Shown: positions 15,633-25,351, counted from the stretch's first letter. The stretch is 32,000 nt of DNA from Xanthomonas campestris pv. campestris str. ATCC 33913 (GCF_000007145.1 NC_003902.1:3566497-3598496), one strand, 5' to 3'. Made by a program: numbers and translations. The notes: a model not told the origin generated them from the letters alone.

Positions 15633-17986
15633 CTGATCAAACCAGACTCCCGAACACCTCATCCCTGACCCACCCCCGCCCGGATCCTGCCGTGATCCTG
15701 GCCACCGACCTGGATGGCACCTTCCTGGCCGGCTCTGCAGAACACCGTCACCAGCTGTATCGCCTGGTCGACCAGCATCCCGAAATCCGCCTGATCTTCA
15801 TTACCGGGCGCGGACTCGAAGCGGTGATGCCCTTGCTCACCGACCCCACCATTCCCCGGCCCGACTATGTGGTGTGCGACGTGGGTGCCACCGTGGTGGA
15901 CGGCCACACGCTGCAACCGTTGCAGCCCCTGCAATCGATGATCGACGCGCACTGGCCCGGCGAGCAGGTGGTGGCGCAGGCGATGCGCGCATTCCCGCAA
16001 TTGCAGCGCCAGGACATGCCGCAGGAGCGCCGCTGCTCGTATTTCTGCGATCCGCACACGCTGGCGCCGCTGCGTGCGCAGATCGAGCAGACCGCGCGCG
16101 CGCTTGGTTGCGACGTGCTGTATTCGGCCGACCGCTATCTGGACATTCTGCCGCCCGATACCGACAAGGGCCGCACCCTGGGCGCGTTGGCACGCCAGCT
16201 GGAGCTGCCGCGCGAGCGCATCCTGGTGGCCGGCGACACGCTCAACGATCTCTCCATGTATCTGGCCGGTTTCCGCGGCGTCTGCGTGGGCGATTCGGAA
16301 GCGGCCTTGACGCAGGCCACTGCGCAGTTGGATGCGACCTATCACGCCAGTGCGCCCGGGTGCGGCGGCATCCTGGAGGCGATTGCGCACTTCGGCCTGC
16401 TTGCCGACGACGACCCGCACGTGCCGGCGGTGCAGGCCCCGCGCAAGGGCGGCGCCGAGCTGGTGATGGTCTATCACCGCCTGCCGTATGACGAAGTGGT
16501 CGAGCACGGCGAGCTGGTGCGCCGCGCGCCGCGCTCGCCCAACGGCATCATTCCCTCGCTGCTGAGCTTCTTCGAAGGTGGCCAGCGCGGCTCGTGGGTG
16601 GCCTGGAGCGTGGACGACCCCAAGCGCGGGCCGTTCCAGACCCACACCGAGGTGGATGCGCAGCGCTACCCGACGCTCACCGCCGCACGCGTGCCGCTGA
16701 GCAAGAGCGAGGTGGACATCTTCTACAAGCGGTTTTCCAAGGAAGCGTTCTGGCCGATGCTGCATGTGTTCTGGGAACGCGCGCGCTTCCGCGAGGACGA
16801 CTGGCAGGTATTTCTTGCAGTCAACCGCAAGTTTGCACAGGCCACCTCGGCCGAGGCCGCGCACGGCGCCACGGTCTGGATCCATGACTACAACCTGTGG
16901 ATGGTGCCGGCGTACCTGCGCGAGCTGCGCCCGGATCTGAAGATCGCGTTCTTCCATCACACCTACTTCCCCTCGGCTGACGTGTTCAATGTGGTGCCAT
17001 GGCGCCGCGAGATCATCGGTAGCCTGATGTGCTGCGATTACGTGGGCTTCCATATCCCGCGCCAGGTGGAGAACTTCGTGGACGTGGTGCGCGGCGTGAT
17101 GCCGGTGGAACGACTGGCGCAGGAAAGCTGCGCGCCACGGTTTCTCACCTATGGCTGCGCGGTGGGCCTGGACACCATGACCACCTGCCTGCGTGTTGCC
17201 GATCGCGACGTGGCGCTGGGCGCGCATCCGGTGGGCACCGACCTGCGCCGCATTCGCGCCGCGCTGAGCAAGCCGGACGTGCGCAACGACATCTTCAAGC
17301 TGCGCCGCGAGATCGGTGCGCGCAAGCTGGTGTTGTCGGTGGAGCGGCTGGATTACACCAAGGGCACGCTGGCGAAACTGGAGGCGTTCGAGCGCCTGCT
17401 CGACAGCCAGCGGCAGCTGCTGGGCAAGGTCACCTTGCTGATGGTGTGCGTGCCGGCGGCGCGCGAGATGACCATCTACCGCACCTTGCAGACGCAGATC
17501 GAACAGGCGGTGGGCCGCATCAACGGGCGGTTCTCGCGGCTGGACTGGACGCCGGTGCGCTTCTTCGCACAGGCCCTGCCGTTCGAGCAGGTGGTGGCGC
17601 ATTACGCCGCCGCGCAGGTGATGTGGATCACGCCGCTGCGCGATGGCTTGAATCTGGTGGCCAAGGAGTTCGTGGCGGTGCAAGGCATCGAAGGCGGCAG
17701 CGGCGTGCTGGTGCTGAGCGAATTTGCCGGCGCGGCTGCAGAACTCAAAGGCGCGGTACTGACCAACCCGCACGACCCGGCCGATCTGGCGGCCGGCCTG
17801 TTGCAGGCACTGGCGATGCCCGATGACGAGGCGGCCGGGCGCCTGCGGCAGCTGTACGACAGCGTGGAGTACTACAACATCGACCACTGGGGGCGCGACT
17901 TCCTGGACGCGGTGGCACGTAGCCGTGGCGCGCATGCCCGTGTGCCCTTGGCGGCGGCCAGCACGGTGGCCGAGCCGGTCGCCTAG
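15629..17986 (+). CDS. ggpPS: Bifunctional HAD-IIB phosphatase / GT20 glycosyltransferase; best guess glucosylglycerol-phosphate phosphatase/synthase (GgpPS)
   Basis: This is the 3' part of the 1108-aa track ORF. I trimmed it to the TTG at 15629, which has AAGGAA 5 nt upstream and overlaps the ycaD stop as TTGA. An alternative start is the GTG at 15692, which would give MILATDLDGTF. The N-terminal domain has HAD motifs (ATDLDGTF; ITGR; AGDTLNDLSM). The C-terminal domain is OtsA/GgpS-like (VWIHDYNLWMVPAYLR, FFHHTYFPSADVF, VERLDYTKG, ITPLRDGLNLVAKEF). The N-terminal phosphatase fusion and the ycaD neighbour match what was reported for Stenotrophomonas GgpPS. Confidence 0.7.
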   Translation: MTDQTRLPNTSSLTHPRPDPAVILATDLDGTFLAGSAEHRHQLYRLVDQHPEIRLIFITGRGLEAVMPLLTDPTIPRPDYVVCDVGATVVDGHTLQPLQPLQSMIDAHWPGEQVVAQAMRAFPQLQRQDMPQERRCSYFCDPHTLAPLRAQIEQTARALGCDVLYSADRYLDILPPDTDKGRTLGALARQLELPRERILVAGDTLNDLSMYLAGFRGVCVGDSEAALTQATAQLDATYHASAPGCGGILEAIAHFGLLADDDPHVPAVQAPRKGGAELVMVYHRLPYDEVVEHGELVRRAPRSPNGIIPSLLSFFEGGQRGSWVAWSVDDPKRGPFQTHTEVDAQRYPTLTAARVPLSKSEVDIFYKRFSKEAFWPMLHVFWERARFREDDWQVFLAVNRKFAQATSAEAAHGATVWIHDYNLWMVPAYLRELRPDLKIAFFHHTYFPSADVFNVVPWRREIIGSLMCCDYVGFHIPRQVENFVDVVRGVMPVERLAQESCAPRFLTYGCAVGLDTMTTCLRVADRDVALGAHPVGTDLRRIRAALSKPDVRNDIFKLRREIGARKLVLSVERLDYTKGTLAKLEAFERLLDSQRQLLGKVTLLMVCVPAAREMTIYRTLQTQIEQAVGRINGRFSRLDWTPVRFFAQALPFEQVVAHYAAAQVMWITPLRDGLNLVAKEFVAVQGIEGGSGVLVLSEFAGAAAELKGAVLTNPHDPADLAAGLLQALAMPDDEAAGRLRQLYDSVEYYNIDHWGRDFLDAVARSRGAHARVPLAAASTVAEPVA

Positions 17987-18022
17987 GCACGCGCCGACGA
18001 GCGCGCTGCAACACGCACAGTC

Positions 18023-18059
18023 ACACAGCAACGCCCGGGCTCTCCGGGCGTTGCTGTGT
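18023..18059 (+). terminator. Candidate terminator hairpin after ggpPS (16-bp perfect stem, 5-nt loop)
   Basis: ACACAGCAACGCCCGG-gctct-CCGGGCGTTGCTGTGT begins 37 nt after the stop at 17986. No U tract follows (GGAGACAAG), so it may be a non-canonical terminator or an RNA-stabilising structure. Confidence 0.6.
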
Positions 18060-18156
18060 GGAGACAAGCGTGACGCTGGCCCATCGGCAGCGCGGTCATG
18101 ATCACGCAATGCAAGCGCGGCAGGCTGGGGGTTCTCCCCCCTGCCCGTGGATTGCA

Positions 18157-20565
18157 ATGGATTCGACGTCCTCCTCGCGCGTGCGCCACCCGGCCACGCT
18201 GGCCCTGCTGCTGGTTCCGCTCGCCCTGCCCGCGTACGCCCAGCAAACGCCCGACGGCGCCGCGTCGACACCGGCAGCCGCCGAACCAGACGGCGGCGCG
18301 CAGGTGTCCACGCTGGACCAGGTGCAGGTTGTCGGGCAGGCGATGACGTATTCCAAGACCACGGTGAGCAAGGAAATGCTGGACCGCCAGTTCGTGCTGG
18401 GCAGCGTCAACGATGCGCTCAACGAACTGCCCGGCGTGGTGGTCACCGAAGCCGATGCGTTCGGCTCCTCGGACTGGGGCACGCAGATCAGCATGCGCGG
18501 CTTCGTCAGCAACCGCGATACGCAGCAGATTGGCACCACCATCGACGGCGTGCCCAACGGCGGCTCGGCCTACGGCGGCGGCTCCAAGGCGAATCGTTTC
18601 ATCGACATGCCGGATCTTGAAACCGTCGAGGTGAGCCAGGGCACTGCCGATATCGCCTCGCGCTCCAACGAAGCGCTGGGCGGCACCTTGAACTACCTCA
18701 CCGGCGAGCCGCTCGCAGAACAGCGCGTGCGCGTGATCGGCGGCATTGGCGACAACCAGGCGCGCAAGTATTACGCGCGCTACGACACCGGCCTGCTCGG
18801 CGGCCATACCCGCGCCTGGGTCAGCGGCTCATCGGCACGCAATGACGACTGGATCGACGGCAGCGGCCACACCCGCCGCGATCATCTGGCTGGCAAGTTC
18901 GTCAGCAGCTTGGACAAGTGGACCTTGAGCGGCTATCTGTCCTACGACGATGCCGACGAATCCGAATACACCAGCGTGACTCCGGCGCAGTTCGCACGCG
19001 ACCCGGAGCACGACCTGCTGACCGGCACGCTCACCGGCATTCCGTATCTGGACCAAAACTACCGCTCCGGCTCCCGCGCATTGCGCGAGAACACCTTCGG
19101 CTATCTGCGCGGCGCCTTCGATGGCGGCAACGGCTTCAAGACCACGCTCACCGGCTACGCGCATCGCATGCAAGGCCGCGGCGACTGGATTCCGCCGTAT
19201 CTGGTGGACGTCACCAACGACGGCGCGGGCGCGCCGGAATCGGAGGCGCGCGGCGGCAACACGGTGTATGCCGGCAGCGACCTGGGCAAGCTGTATTACC
19301 TCACACCGGGCGGCGCGGCGGCGACGCAGCTGGCCGGCTGCACCGGCAGCGATGCGGTGCCGGCCGAATCCAACCCGGCCTGCTATCCGGCAGGGTCGGT
19401 ACCGGTGCAGTCGTATCGCCATAGCCATTACGACAATCACCGCGCCGGTGCCATGGCCGATGTGGAATGGCGCCACGACCTGGGCCCGATCGACAACACC
19501 GTACGTGCCGGCGCCTGGCTGGAGCGCTACGACCGCAGCGTCACCCGCGACTGGCATCGCCTGCTCAATGTCGGCACCAACATCAGCTTCGACCATCAGC
19601 CGTACTGGGTGCAGTTCAAGGACAACTACCAGACCGACGAACAGATGTATTACGTCGAAGATGTGATGCGCTACGGTGCGTTTGCCTGGCGCGTGGGCGT
19701 CAAGCAGTTCTTCGTCGACCAGACCCGCGACCGCCGCATCGGCGATGCGCAGCATGTGGAATCGGACGCGCATTCGGACGCGCTGCTCTCGGCCGGCCTG
19801 ACCTGGACCACGCCGGTGCAAGGGCTGGAAGCCTTCGCCGGCTATTCGCAGAACTTCGCGGCGATTCCGTCCGGCGTGCTGGGCGAGACCGACCCGGTCG
19901 CGCTCAGCCGCGTGCAACCGGAAACCGCCGACAACATCGAACTGGGCCTGCGCATCAGCCGCTGGCCGTTGACCGGCAGCGTCACGCTGTACGACATCCG
20001 CTTCGACAACCGCATTGTCTACGTGCCGGCCAACTTCGTCAGCGGCATCGACTACCTGGGCGAAACCGATGGCGTTTACGAAAACTTCGGCGGCGTGCAT
20101 GCGCGCGGCGTGGAAGCAGCCCTGGGCTACGGCTGGGACAACGGCTGGCGCCTCAACGGTGCCTACACCTACAACAAGGCCGATTACCTGGGCAGCGGCG
20201 ATGCCGCGCGCGACACCGCGGTGGAGATCACCCCCGGTGCGCAGGTCATCGGCCAACCGCGCAACACGCTGGTGGTGTCGGCCGATTGGCGCGGCGATGC
20301 CTGGCGTTTCGGCGTCTCCGGCCGCTATCTGGGCAAGCGCTATCTGGATGCCTCCAACCGCGCCGCGCTCAATGGCGTGACCACCTTCGATGCCAATCTC
20401 GGCCTGGAACTGTCGCAACTTTCCGCGCAGCTCAAGGGCATGCAGGTGGCGCTCAATGTCAGCAACCTCACCGACAAGCGCTACCTGGAAGGCGTGGATG
20501 GCAGCGACAGCGCGTTCATTGCCGCACCGCGCACGTTGGGGCTGACCTTGACGCTGGATCTTTGA
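18157..20565 (+). CDS. TonB-dependent outer-membrane receptor
   Basis: The track ORF is trimmed to the ATG at 18157, giving the signal peptide MDSTSSSRVRHPATLALLLVPLALPAYAQQ. A TonB-box-like STLDQVQVVG and a plug domain (GVVVTEADAFG...ISMRGF...IDGVP) are followed by a long beta-barrel. The C-terminus is ...RTLGLTLTLDL, which ends in Leu rather than the usual aromatic residue. Confidence 0.88.
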   Translation: MDSTSSSRVRHPATLALLLVPLALPAYAQQTPDGAASTPAAAEPDGGAQVSTLDQVQVVGQAMTYSKTTVSKEMLDRQFVLGSVNDALNELPGVVVTEADAFGSSDWGTQISMRGFVSNRDTQQIGTTIDGVPNGGSAYGGGSKANRFIDMPDLETVEVSQGTADIASRSNEALGGTLNYLTGEPLAEQRVRVIGGIGDNQARKYYARYDTGLLGGHTRAWVSGSSARNDDWIDGSGHTRRDHLAGKFVSSLDKWTLSGYLSYDDADESEYTSVTPAQFARDPEHDLLTGTLTGIPYLDQNYRSGSRALRENTFGYLRGAFDGGNGFKTTLTGYAHRMQGRGDWIPPYLVDVTNDGAGAPESEARGGNTVYAGSDLGKLYYLTPGGAAATQLAGCTGSDAVPAESNPACYPAGSVPVQSYRHSHYDNHRAGAMADVEWRHDLGPIDNTVRAGAWLERYDRSVTRDWHRLLNVGTNISFDHQPYWVQFKDNYQTDEQMYYVEDVMRYGAFAWRVGVKQFFVDQTRDRRIGDAQHVESDAHSDALLSAGLTWTTPVQGLEAFAGYSQNFAAIPSGVLGETDPVALSRVQPETADNIELGLRISRWPLTGSVTLYDIRFDNRIVYVPANFVSGIDYLGETDGVYENFGGVHARGVEAALGYGWDNGWRLNGAYTYNKADYLGSGDAARDTAVEITPGAQVIGQPRNTLVVSADWRGDAWRFGVSGRYLGKRYLDASNRAALNGVTTFDANLGLELSQLSAQLKGMQVALNVSNLTDKRYLEGVDGSDSAFIAAPRTLGLTLTLDL

Positions 20566-20591
20566 GGTCGAAGCACTGCGCTGGAATAGAT

Positions 20592-20620
20592 GCCGGGCGC
20601 GTCGTGCGTTCGCGCCTGGC
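20592..20620 (+). terminator. Weak candidate terminator hairpin after the first TonB-dependent receptor
   Basis: GCCGGGCGCG-tcgtgcgtt-CGCGCCTGGC forms a 10-bp stem including one G-U pair. It lies 27 nt after the stop and is followed by AGUGUUCC. There is no strong U tract. Confidence 0.35.
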
Positions 20621-20977
20621 AGTGTTCCGGACATGCGGGTTGATGGCGGGATCGTCACTCAGCCGGTGTCACGGAGTAACGGCGTCACCCGTGGCTGCCT
20701 GCAGGGGTGGCGGCCTTCCGGATCGCGGAAGGCTTGGTTAGTGGCATGAGACCACTCGCTGCTGGCACCGTTCGTCCGCATGCAACACGCGCAACGACGC
20801 ATCACCGAGACGTCGAATTGCTGCGCACGCACTCCTGCAGGATCGGGCCGCTGCCGCAGCGTGCGAGGGCAAGCATTCGCCTTCCCACTCGGGCACCATC
20901 GCTGCTCAGCCGCGCGCAGCGGCCGCATTCACTGATGCAGCAATCGCCCTCCAAGGACCAACCCAGCAGGTGACGCA

Positions 20978-23125
20978 ATGATCGATCTTCCTCGCCGCCG
21001 CATGCTGCAGGCCGGCCTTGCCGGTGGCGCTTCCACCTTGCTGCCGAGCATCGCGCGGGCAGCGGCCATCGCACCGGATCGCCGCAGCGGCACGCTGGAA
21101 GACCTGCAGCATGTGGTGATCCTGATGCAGGAAAACCGCGCGTTCGATCATTACTTCGGCAGCCTGCCGGGCGTCCGTGGCTTCGGCGACCGCTTTCCGA
21201 TTCCCGCGCCACCGCTGCCGGGCGCGCCTGCGCGCACCGTGTGGCTGCAACCCAGCGAGGACGGCCGCCAATGGCTGGCACCGTTCGCGCTGGATACCGC
21301 AGCGCAGTTCGGCTACATGCGTGTGCAGGGCACGCCACACAGCTGGGTGGACGCGCAGCGCGCCTGGGATCACGGCCGGCTCGGCAACTGGCCGGCGGCC
21401 AAGCACAACCACGCGCTGGGGTATTACCGCCGCGCGGACATTCCGTTCCAGTTCGCGCTGGCCGATGCGTTCACCGTCTGCGATGCGTACCACGCCGCGA
21501 TCCAGACCGGCACCAACTCCAACCGCGTGTTCCTGTGGACCGGCGGCAACGATCCGCAGGCGCGCGCCGGTGGGCCGGTGATCGGCAACTCGCACGACAA
21601 CTTTCCCGCCCTGGGCGGGTTCGCCGAGCCCTATCGCTGGACCACGTATGTGGAGCAATTGCAGCGTGCCGGCGTGTCCTGGCAGATCTACCAGGACATG
21701 CGCGACAACTTCACCGACAACCCGCTGGCCGGCTTCGACGTCTTCCGCCAGGCCTACAGCCAGACGCCCGGCCACGATGCGCAGCTGCGCGCGCGTGGGG
21801 TGAGTACGCGTGGCGTGGAGCAACTGCGCGAAGACGTCATCGGCGGGCGCCTGCCGTCGGTGAGTTTCATCCTTGCCGATGCCGCCGGCAGCGAGCATCC
21901 AGACCCCTCCAGCCCGGCCCAGGGCGCGGCCTATACCGCGCGCGTGCTGGATGCGCTCACCGCCGATCCGCAGGTGTGGAGCCGCACGGCCTTGCTGCTG
22001 ATGTTCGACGAGAACGATGGCTTCTTCGATCACATGCCGCCGCCGGCGCCGCCTTCGCCGGACCCACGTGCGGCCGGCGGCTTTGCCGGTGCGTCGAGCA
22101 TCGCCACCGACGACGAGTATCACCGCCACCCGGCGCCGGGCGAGCAGAAGGTGGACCTGCCGGAGTTGCGCGGGCGCCCGTACGGCCTGGGCCCGCGCGT
22201 GCCGCTGTACGTACTCTCGCCCTGGAGCCGCGGCGGCTGGGTGGATTCGCAGGTCTACGACCACACCTCGGTGCTGCGCCTGCTGGAGCGGCGCTTCGGC
22301 GTGCCATGCACTGCAATTACCCCGTGGCGGCGCGCGGTGTGTGGCGATCTCACCGCGGCGTTCGATTTCAGCCGCACGGACACGCGCCCGTTCGTCGGCA
22401 CGCTGCCGGATATTAGCGCCACCGCCACGCGCGCCGCCGCCCTGCACCAACACACGTTGCCACCGCTGCCGCCCACCTTGCAGCCACCGGAGCAAGCTTT
22501 CGGCCTCCGGCGTTCGCGCGCGGTGCCGTATCGCCCCCGTGTGCAACTCGATGTCGTACAGGCCCGCGGCGAAGTGGAGTTGCGCATGGCCAATGCCGGC
22601 GCGGCGGCCGTGCTGCACGTCTACGACCGCTACGACCTGGCCGCGATTCCGCGCCGCTACACCGTCGGCGCCGATGCGCCGCTGGACGGCACCTGGACCA
22701 CCTACGACGGCCGCTACGACCTGTGGGTTCTCGGGCCGAACGGGTTCCATCGCCATTACCGCGGCAATGTGGGCGCAGCGCCCCTAGTCGCCGAGATCGC
22801 GCAAGATCCCGATGATGCACAGGCGCTCCGCCTGACGCTATACAACCCCGGCAGCGTGCCGGTCGCGGTCACGCTGCAACCGGCCGCGTATGCCAACGCG
22901 CAACCGCGCGAGGGTGTCACCATCGCACCCGGGCAGCGTCATCAGCGCAGTTGGAGCGCCGTGGCCACCGGCGGCTGGTACGACCTGTGGATCGAGCACG
23001 ACGGCGCACACCAACGCTTGGCCGGCCGCGTGGAAACCGGAGCAGACAGCGTCAGCGACCCGGCCATGGGCGGGGCGGCACGCTTGTATCAGGACGACCC
23101 GGGCGCGATCGGCGCGCTCGGCTGA
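20978..23125 (+). CDS. plcN: Phosphocholine-specific (non-hemolytic type) phospholipase C with a twin-arginine signal
   Basis: The 715-aa ORF has a Tat-like N-terminus (MIDLPRRRMLQAGLAGGASTLLPSIARAAA). The phosphoesterase-family block LQHVVILMQENRAFDHYFGSLPGVRGFGD closely resembles Pseudomonas PlcN/PlcH as I recall them. The C-terminal ~200 aa fits tandem DUF756-type beta domains. Confidence 0.88.
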   Translation: MIDLPRRRMLQAGLAGGASTLLPSIARAAAIAPDRRSGTLEDLQHVVILMQENRAFDHYFGSLPGVRGFGDRFPIPAPPLPGAPARTVWLQPSEDGRQWLAPFALDTAAQFGYMRVQGTPHSWVDAQRAWDHGRLGNWPAAKHNHALGYYRRADIPFQFALADAFTVCDAYHAAIQTGTNSNRVFLWTGGNDPQARAGGPVIGNSHDNFPALGGFAEPYRWTTYVEQLQRAGVSWQIYQDMRDNFTDNPLAGFDVFRQAYSQTPGHDAQLRARGVSTRGVEQLREDVIGGRLPSVSFILADAAGSEHPDPSSPAQGAAYTARVLDALTADPQVWSRTALLLMFDENDGFFDHMPPPAPPSPDPRAAGGFAGASSIATDDEYHRHPAPGEQKVDLPELRGRPYGLGPRVPLYVLSPWSRGGWVDSQVYDHTSVLRLLERRFGVPCTAITPWRRAVCGDLTAAFDFSRTDTRPFVGTLPDISATATRAAALHQHTLPPLPPTLQPPEQAFGLRRSRAVPYRPRVQLDVVQARGEVELRMANAGAAAVLHVYDRYDLAAIPRRYTVGADAPLDGTWTTYDGRYDLWVLGPNGFHRHYRGNVGAAPLVAEIAQDPDDAQALRLTLYNPGSVPVAVTLQPAAYANAQPREGVTIAPGQRHQRSWSAVATGGWYDLWIEHDGAHQRLAGRVETGADSVSDPAMGGAARLYQDDPGAIGALG

Positions 23126-23225
23126 GCGCTGCGGCTTTCTGTCGCGCGTTGGCCACACACGAAGACGCAGCCCGACGCACGCGGTCGTCCGCGCGGTAGC
23201 GCCACGCTGCCGCGCCCCGCATCGC

Positions 23226-24200
23226 TCACGGCGCGCTGGCCGTGCCCAGCATGCCGATCGTCCCCAGCCAGGTTTCCACCAGGTGCGGCCACTGCGCGAT
23301 CGGCAGCTTGCCTGCACGCAGACCGAACGCATGCCCACCTTCGGCGTACAGATGCATTTCCGCCGGCACGCCAGCCTGCTTGAGGGCCACGTAGTAGGCC
23401 AGTGACTGGCTGACGCCATCCACCTCGTCGTCCTCGGCCTGCAGCAGGAAGGTGGGTGGCGTGTCGGCGGTCACGGTGATGTCCGGCCGCAGCGGCAGAT
23501 GCGTTGGATCACGCTTGGCACGATCCTCATCCTCGTGCGCCCACAGATGGCCCGGATAGACGGCAATGGCAAAGTCCGGGCGGCAGGACTGTGCATCGGC
23601 CGCGTCGACCGATGGGTACGTGCGCCGGGTGAAATGCGTACTCATCGCAGCCACGAGGTGGCCACCGGCGGAAAACCCGATGACGCCGACCCTGTGCGGG
23701 TCCACGCCCCAGTCGTCGGCATGCTGGCGCACCAGGCCCAGTGCGCGCTGCGCATCCTGCAAGGCCGTCTGCACCTTGGGGTAATAGCGGCCACCATTGG
23801 TCCAGGTCGGCCCCGAATTCGGGACGCGGTACTTGAGCAGCACGCAGGTGATGCCGCGCCCACTCAACCAATCGCATATGTCGGTGCCTTCCAGGTCCAT
23901 GGCCAGCACCTGGTAGCCGCCACCGGGAAACACCACCGCCGCCGCGCCGGTGTTCTGCCCCTTGGGGGCATAGAACGTGATCGTCGGGCGACTGACATCG
24001 CCCACCTTGGTCCAGGGGCGCTTGCCCTCGCCGGTGCCGACCGATTCGGGGCGTGGGTGAGGCAACGCGTCAGGCACCACGGTCGGCCAGAGCGGCATCT
24101 GGACGTGACCAGGTGGCGGCAGCCAGGCGCGCGCCGGCGCCACGGCGGGAGCGAGCAGCAACGCCAGCGCCGCAGTCCGGGCAACACGAAGCCAGTGCAT
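23226..24200 (-). CDS. Secreted alpha/beta hydrolase (esterase/lipase, BD-FAE-like)
   Basis: The track ORF is trimmed to the ATG at 24200, which has GGAGG 7 nt upstream. The Sec signal is MHWLRVARTAALALLLAPAVAPARA. FPGGGY is an HGG-type oxyanion block, GVIGFSAGGH is the nucleophile elbow, and a late Asp/His region follows (AEDDEVD ... GGHAF). Confidence 0.8.
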   Translation of the reverse strand: MHWLRVARTAALALLLAPAVAPARAWLPPPGHVQMPLWPTVVPDALPHPRPESVGTGEGKRPWTKVGDVSRPTITFYAPKGQNTGAAAVVFPGGGYQVLAMDLEGTDICDWLSGRGITCVLLKYRVPNSGPTWTNGGRYYPKVQTALQDAQRALGLVRQHADDWGVDPHRVGVIGFSAGGHLVAAMSTHFTRRTYPSVDAADAQSCRPDFAIAVYPGHLWAHEDEDRAKRDPTHLPLRPDITVTADTPPTFLLQAEDDEVDGVSQSLAYYVALKQAGVPAEMHLYAEGGHAFGLRAGKLPIAQWPHLVETWLGTIGMLGTASAP

Positions 24201-24460
24201 TGTCGACCTCCGAAATTGAAGTTGAGCGGAAACATCCTGGCTCACGGTGTGCTGTCACCCTGCCGCTCCAGAAACGTGGCGAAGGTGGCTTCGCTGACAT
24301 GGTGCTCGATGCCTTCGGCGTCTCGCGCACGCGCTGCGGACCGCCTCAGGCGCGCGCCGCTTCCCACGCCGCGATGGCGTGTGTTGCAGTCGACGCGCGG
24401 CGCGGACGCATCACGCGCAGCAGGTGCACCACGCCGCAGCGGCTGCGCTGGCCGCCGCGC

Positions 24461-25351
24461 TCAACCCACGAGGTCGCGTACCGCTTCCGCCACCGCCTTC
24501 AACGCGGCGTCGCGGGCGGCCGCATCGACGGTGGCACCGTTGAGATACGCGGTCAGCAGCAACGGCGCCGCGCGCCCGGGCGGCCAGATGATCGCGATGT
24601 CGTTACGGGTGTCGGTGCCATTGCTGCCGGTCTTGTCGCCGATCTTCCAGTCGCGCGGCAGGCCGGCGCGCAGGCAATCGTCGCCGGTGCGGTTGTCGAT
24701 CATCCAGGCGGTGAGCTGTTTGCGCGACGCCGGTTGCAGCGCATCGCCAAGCAGCAGCGTGCGCAGGGTCGCGGCCATCGCCGCCGGCGTGGTGGTGTCG
24801 CGCGGCTCGCCTGGGGCGAACCCGTTCATCGCCGGCTCGAGGCGGTCACTGCGGGTCTTCGTATCACCGATCCCGCGCAGGAAGCGGGTCAGGCCCGGCG
24901 GGTCACCGATCAACGGAAACAGCAGGTTGGCGGCCGGGTTGTCGCTATGGATCATCGTGGCCTGGCACAGCTCGGCCACGCTCAGTGAGCCGCCGACATG
25001 GCGCTCGGTGACCGGCGCATGTTCGAGCATGTCGGAGGCGCGGATCTTGATCTGCTGCGTCAACCGCAGCTCCCCCTTGTCCACCCGCTGCAGCACCGCC
25101 GCAGCCAATACAAATTTGAAGGTGCTGCACATTGGAAAGCGCTCGTTCTCGCGCTGGCCGATGCGCCATCCGGAGCCGCTGTCGAGCAGGCACGTCCCCA
25201 GGCGGCCGCCGGTGCCGCGTTGGATCTCGGCCCAGCGCGCACGCAACATATCGTCCACGTTCACCACCGGGGAGAGCGCCCATGCGGGACGGGACGCCGC
25301 AATCAGCACGCTTGCGCCGGTCATGGACAGGAACTGCCGTCGGTTCAACAT
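24461..25351 (-). CDS. bla: Class A beta-lactamase with a twin-arginine signal peptide
   Basis: The 296-aa ORF has all class A motifs in the correct order: STFK (SxxK), SDN, RLEPAMN (Glu166 omega-loop ExxLN) and KTG. The N-terminus MLNRRQFLSMTGASVLIAASRPAWA fits the Tat consensus (RRxFL). AGGAGG lies 7 nt upstream of the ATG. Confidence 0.93.
   Translation of the reverse strand: MLNRRQFLSMTGASVLIAASRPAWALSPVVNVDDMLRARWAEIQRGTGGRLGTCLLDSGSGWRIGQRENERFPMCSTFKFVLAAAVLQRVDKGELRLTQQIKIRASDMLEHAPVTERHVGGSLSVAELCQATMIHSDNPAANLLFPLIGDPPGLTRFLRGIGDTKTRSDRLEPAMNGFAPGEPRDTTTPAAMAATLRTLLLGDALQPASRKQLTAWMIDNRTGDDCLRAGLPRDWKIGDKTGSNGTDTRNDIAIIWPPGRAAPLLLTAYLNGATVDAAARDAALKAVAEAVRDLVG

Noticed and set aside
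15659-18271. An 870-aa minus-strand ORF antisense to ggpPS. Similar long antisense ORFs occur at 14298-15533, 18829-20658, 20906-22756, 23499-25367, 24945-26609, 27093-28820, 28204-30051 and 30985-31977.
   Set aside because: All lie opposite genes with strong family signatures and encode Arg/Ala/Gly/His-rich low-complexity sequences. They are high-GC mirror-frame artefacts, not a second layer of genes.
20653-20688. Three GTCAC pentamers upstream of plcN, considered as a Pho box.
   Set aside because: The spacing is 14 and 16 bp rather than the 11-bp periodicity of PhoB half-sites. The half-sites do not match CTGTCAT well, and the site is about 300 bp from the start codon.
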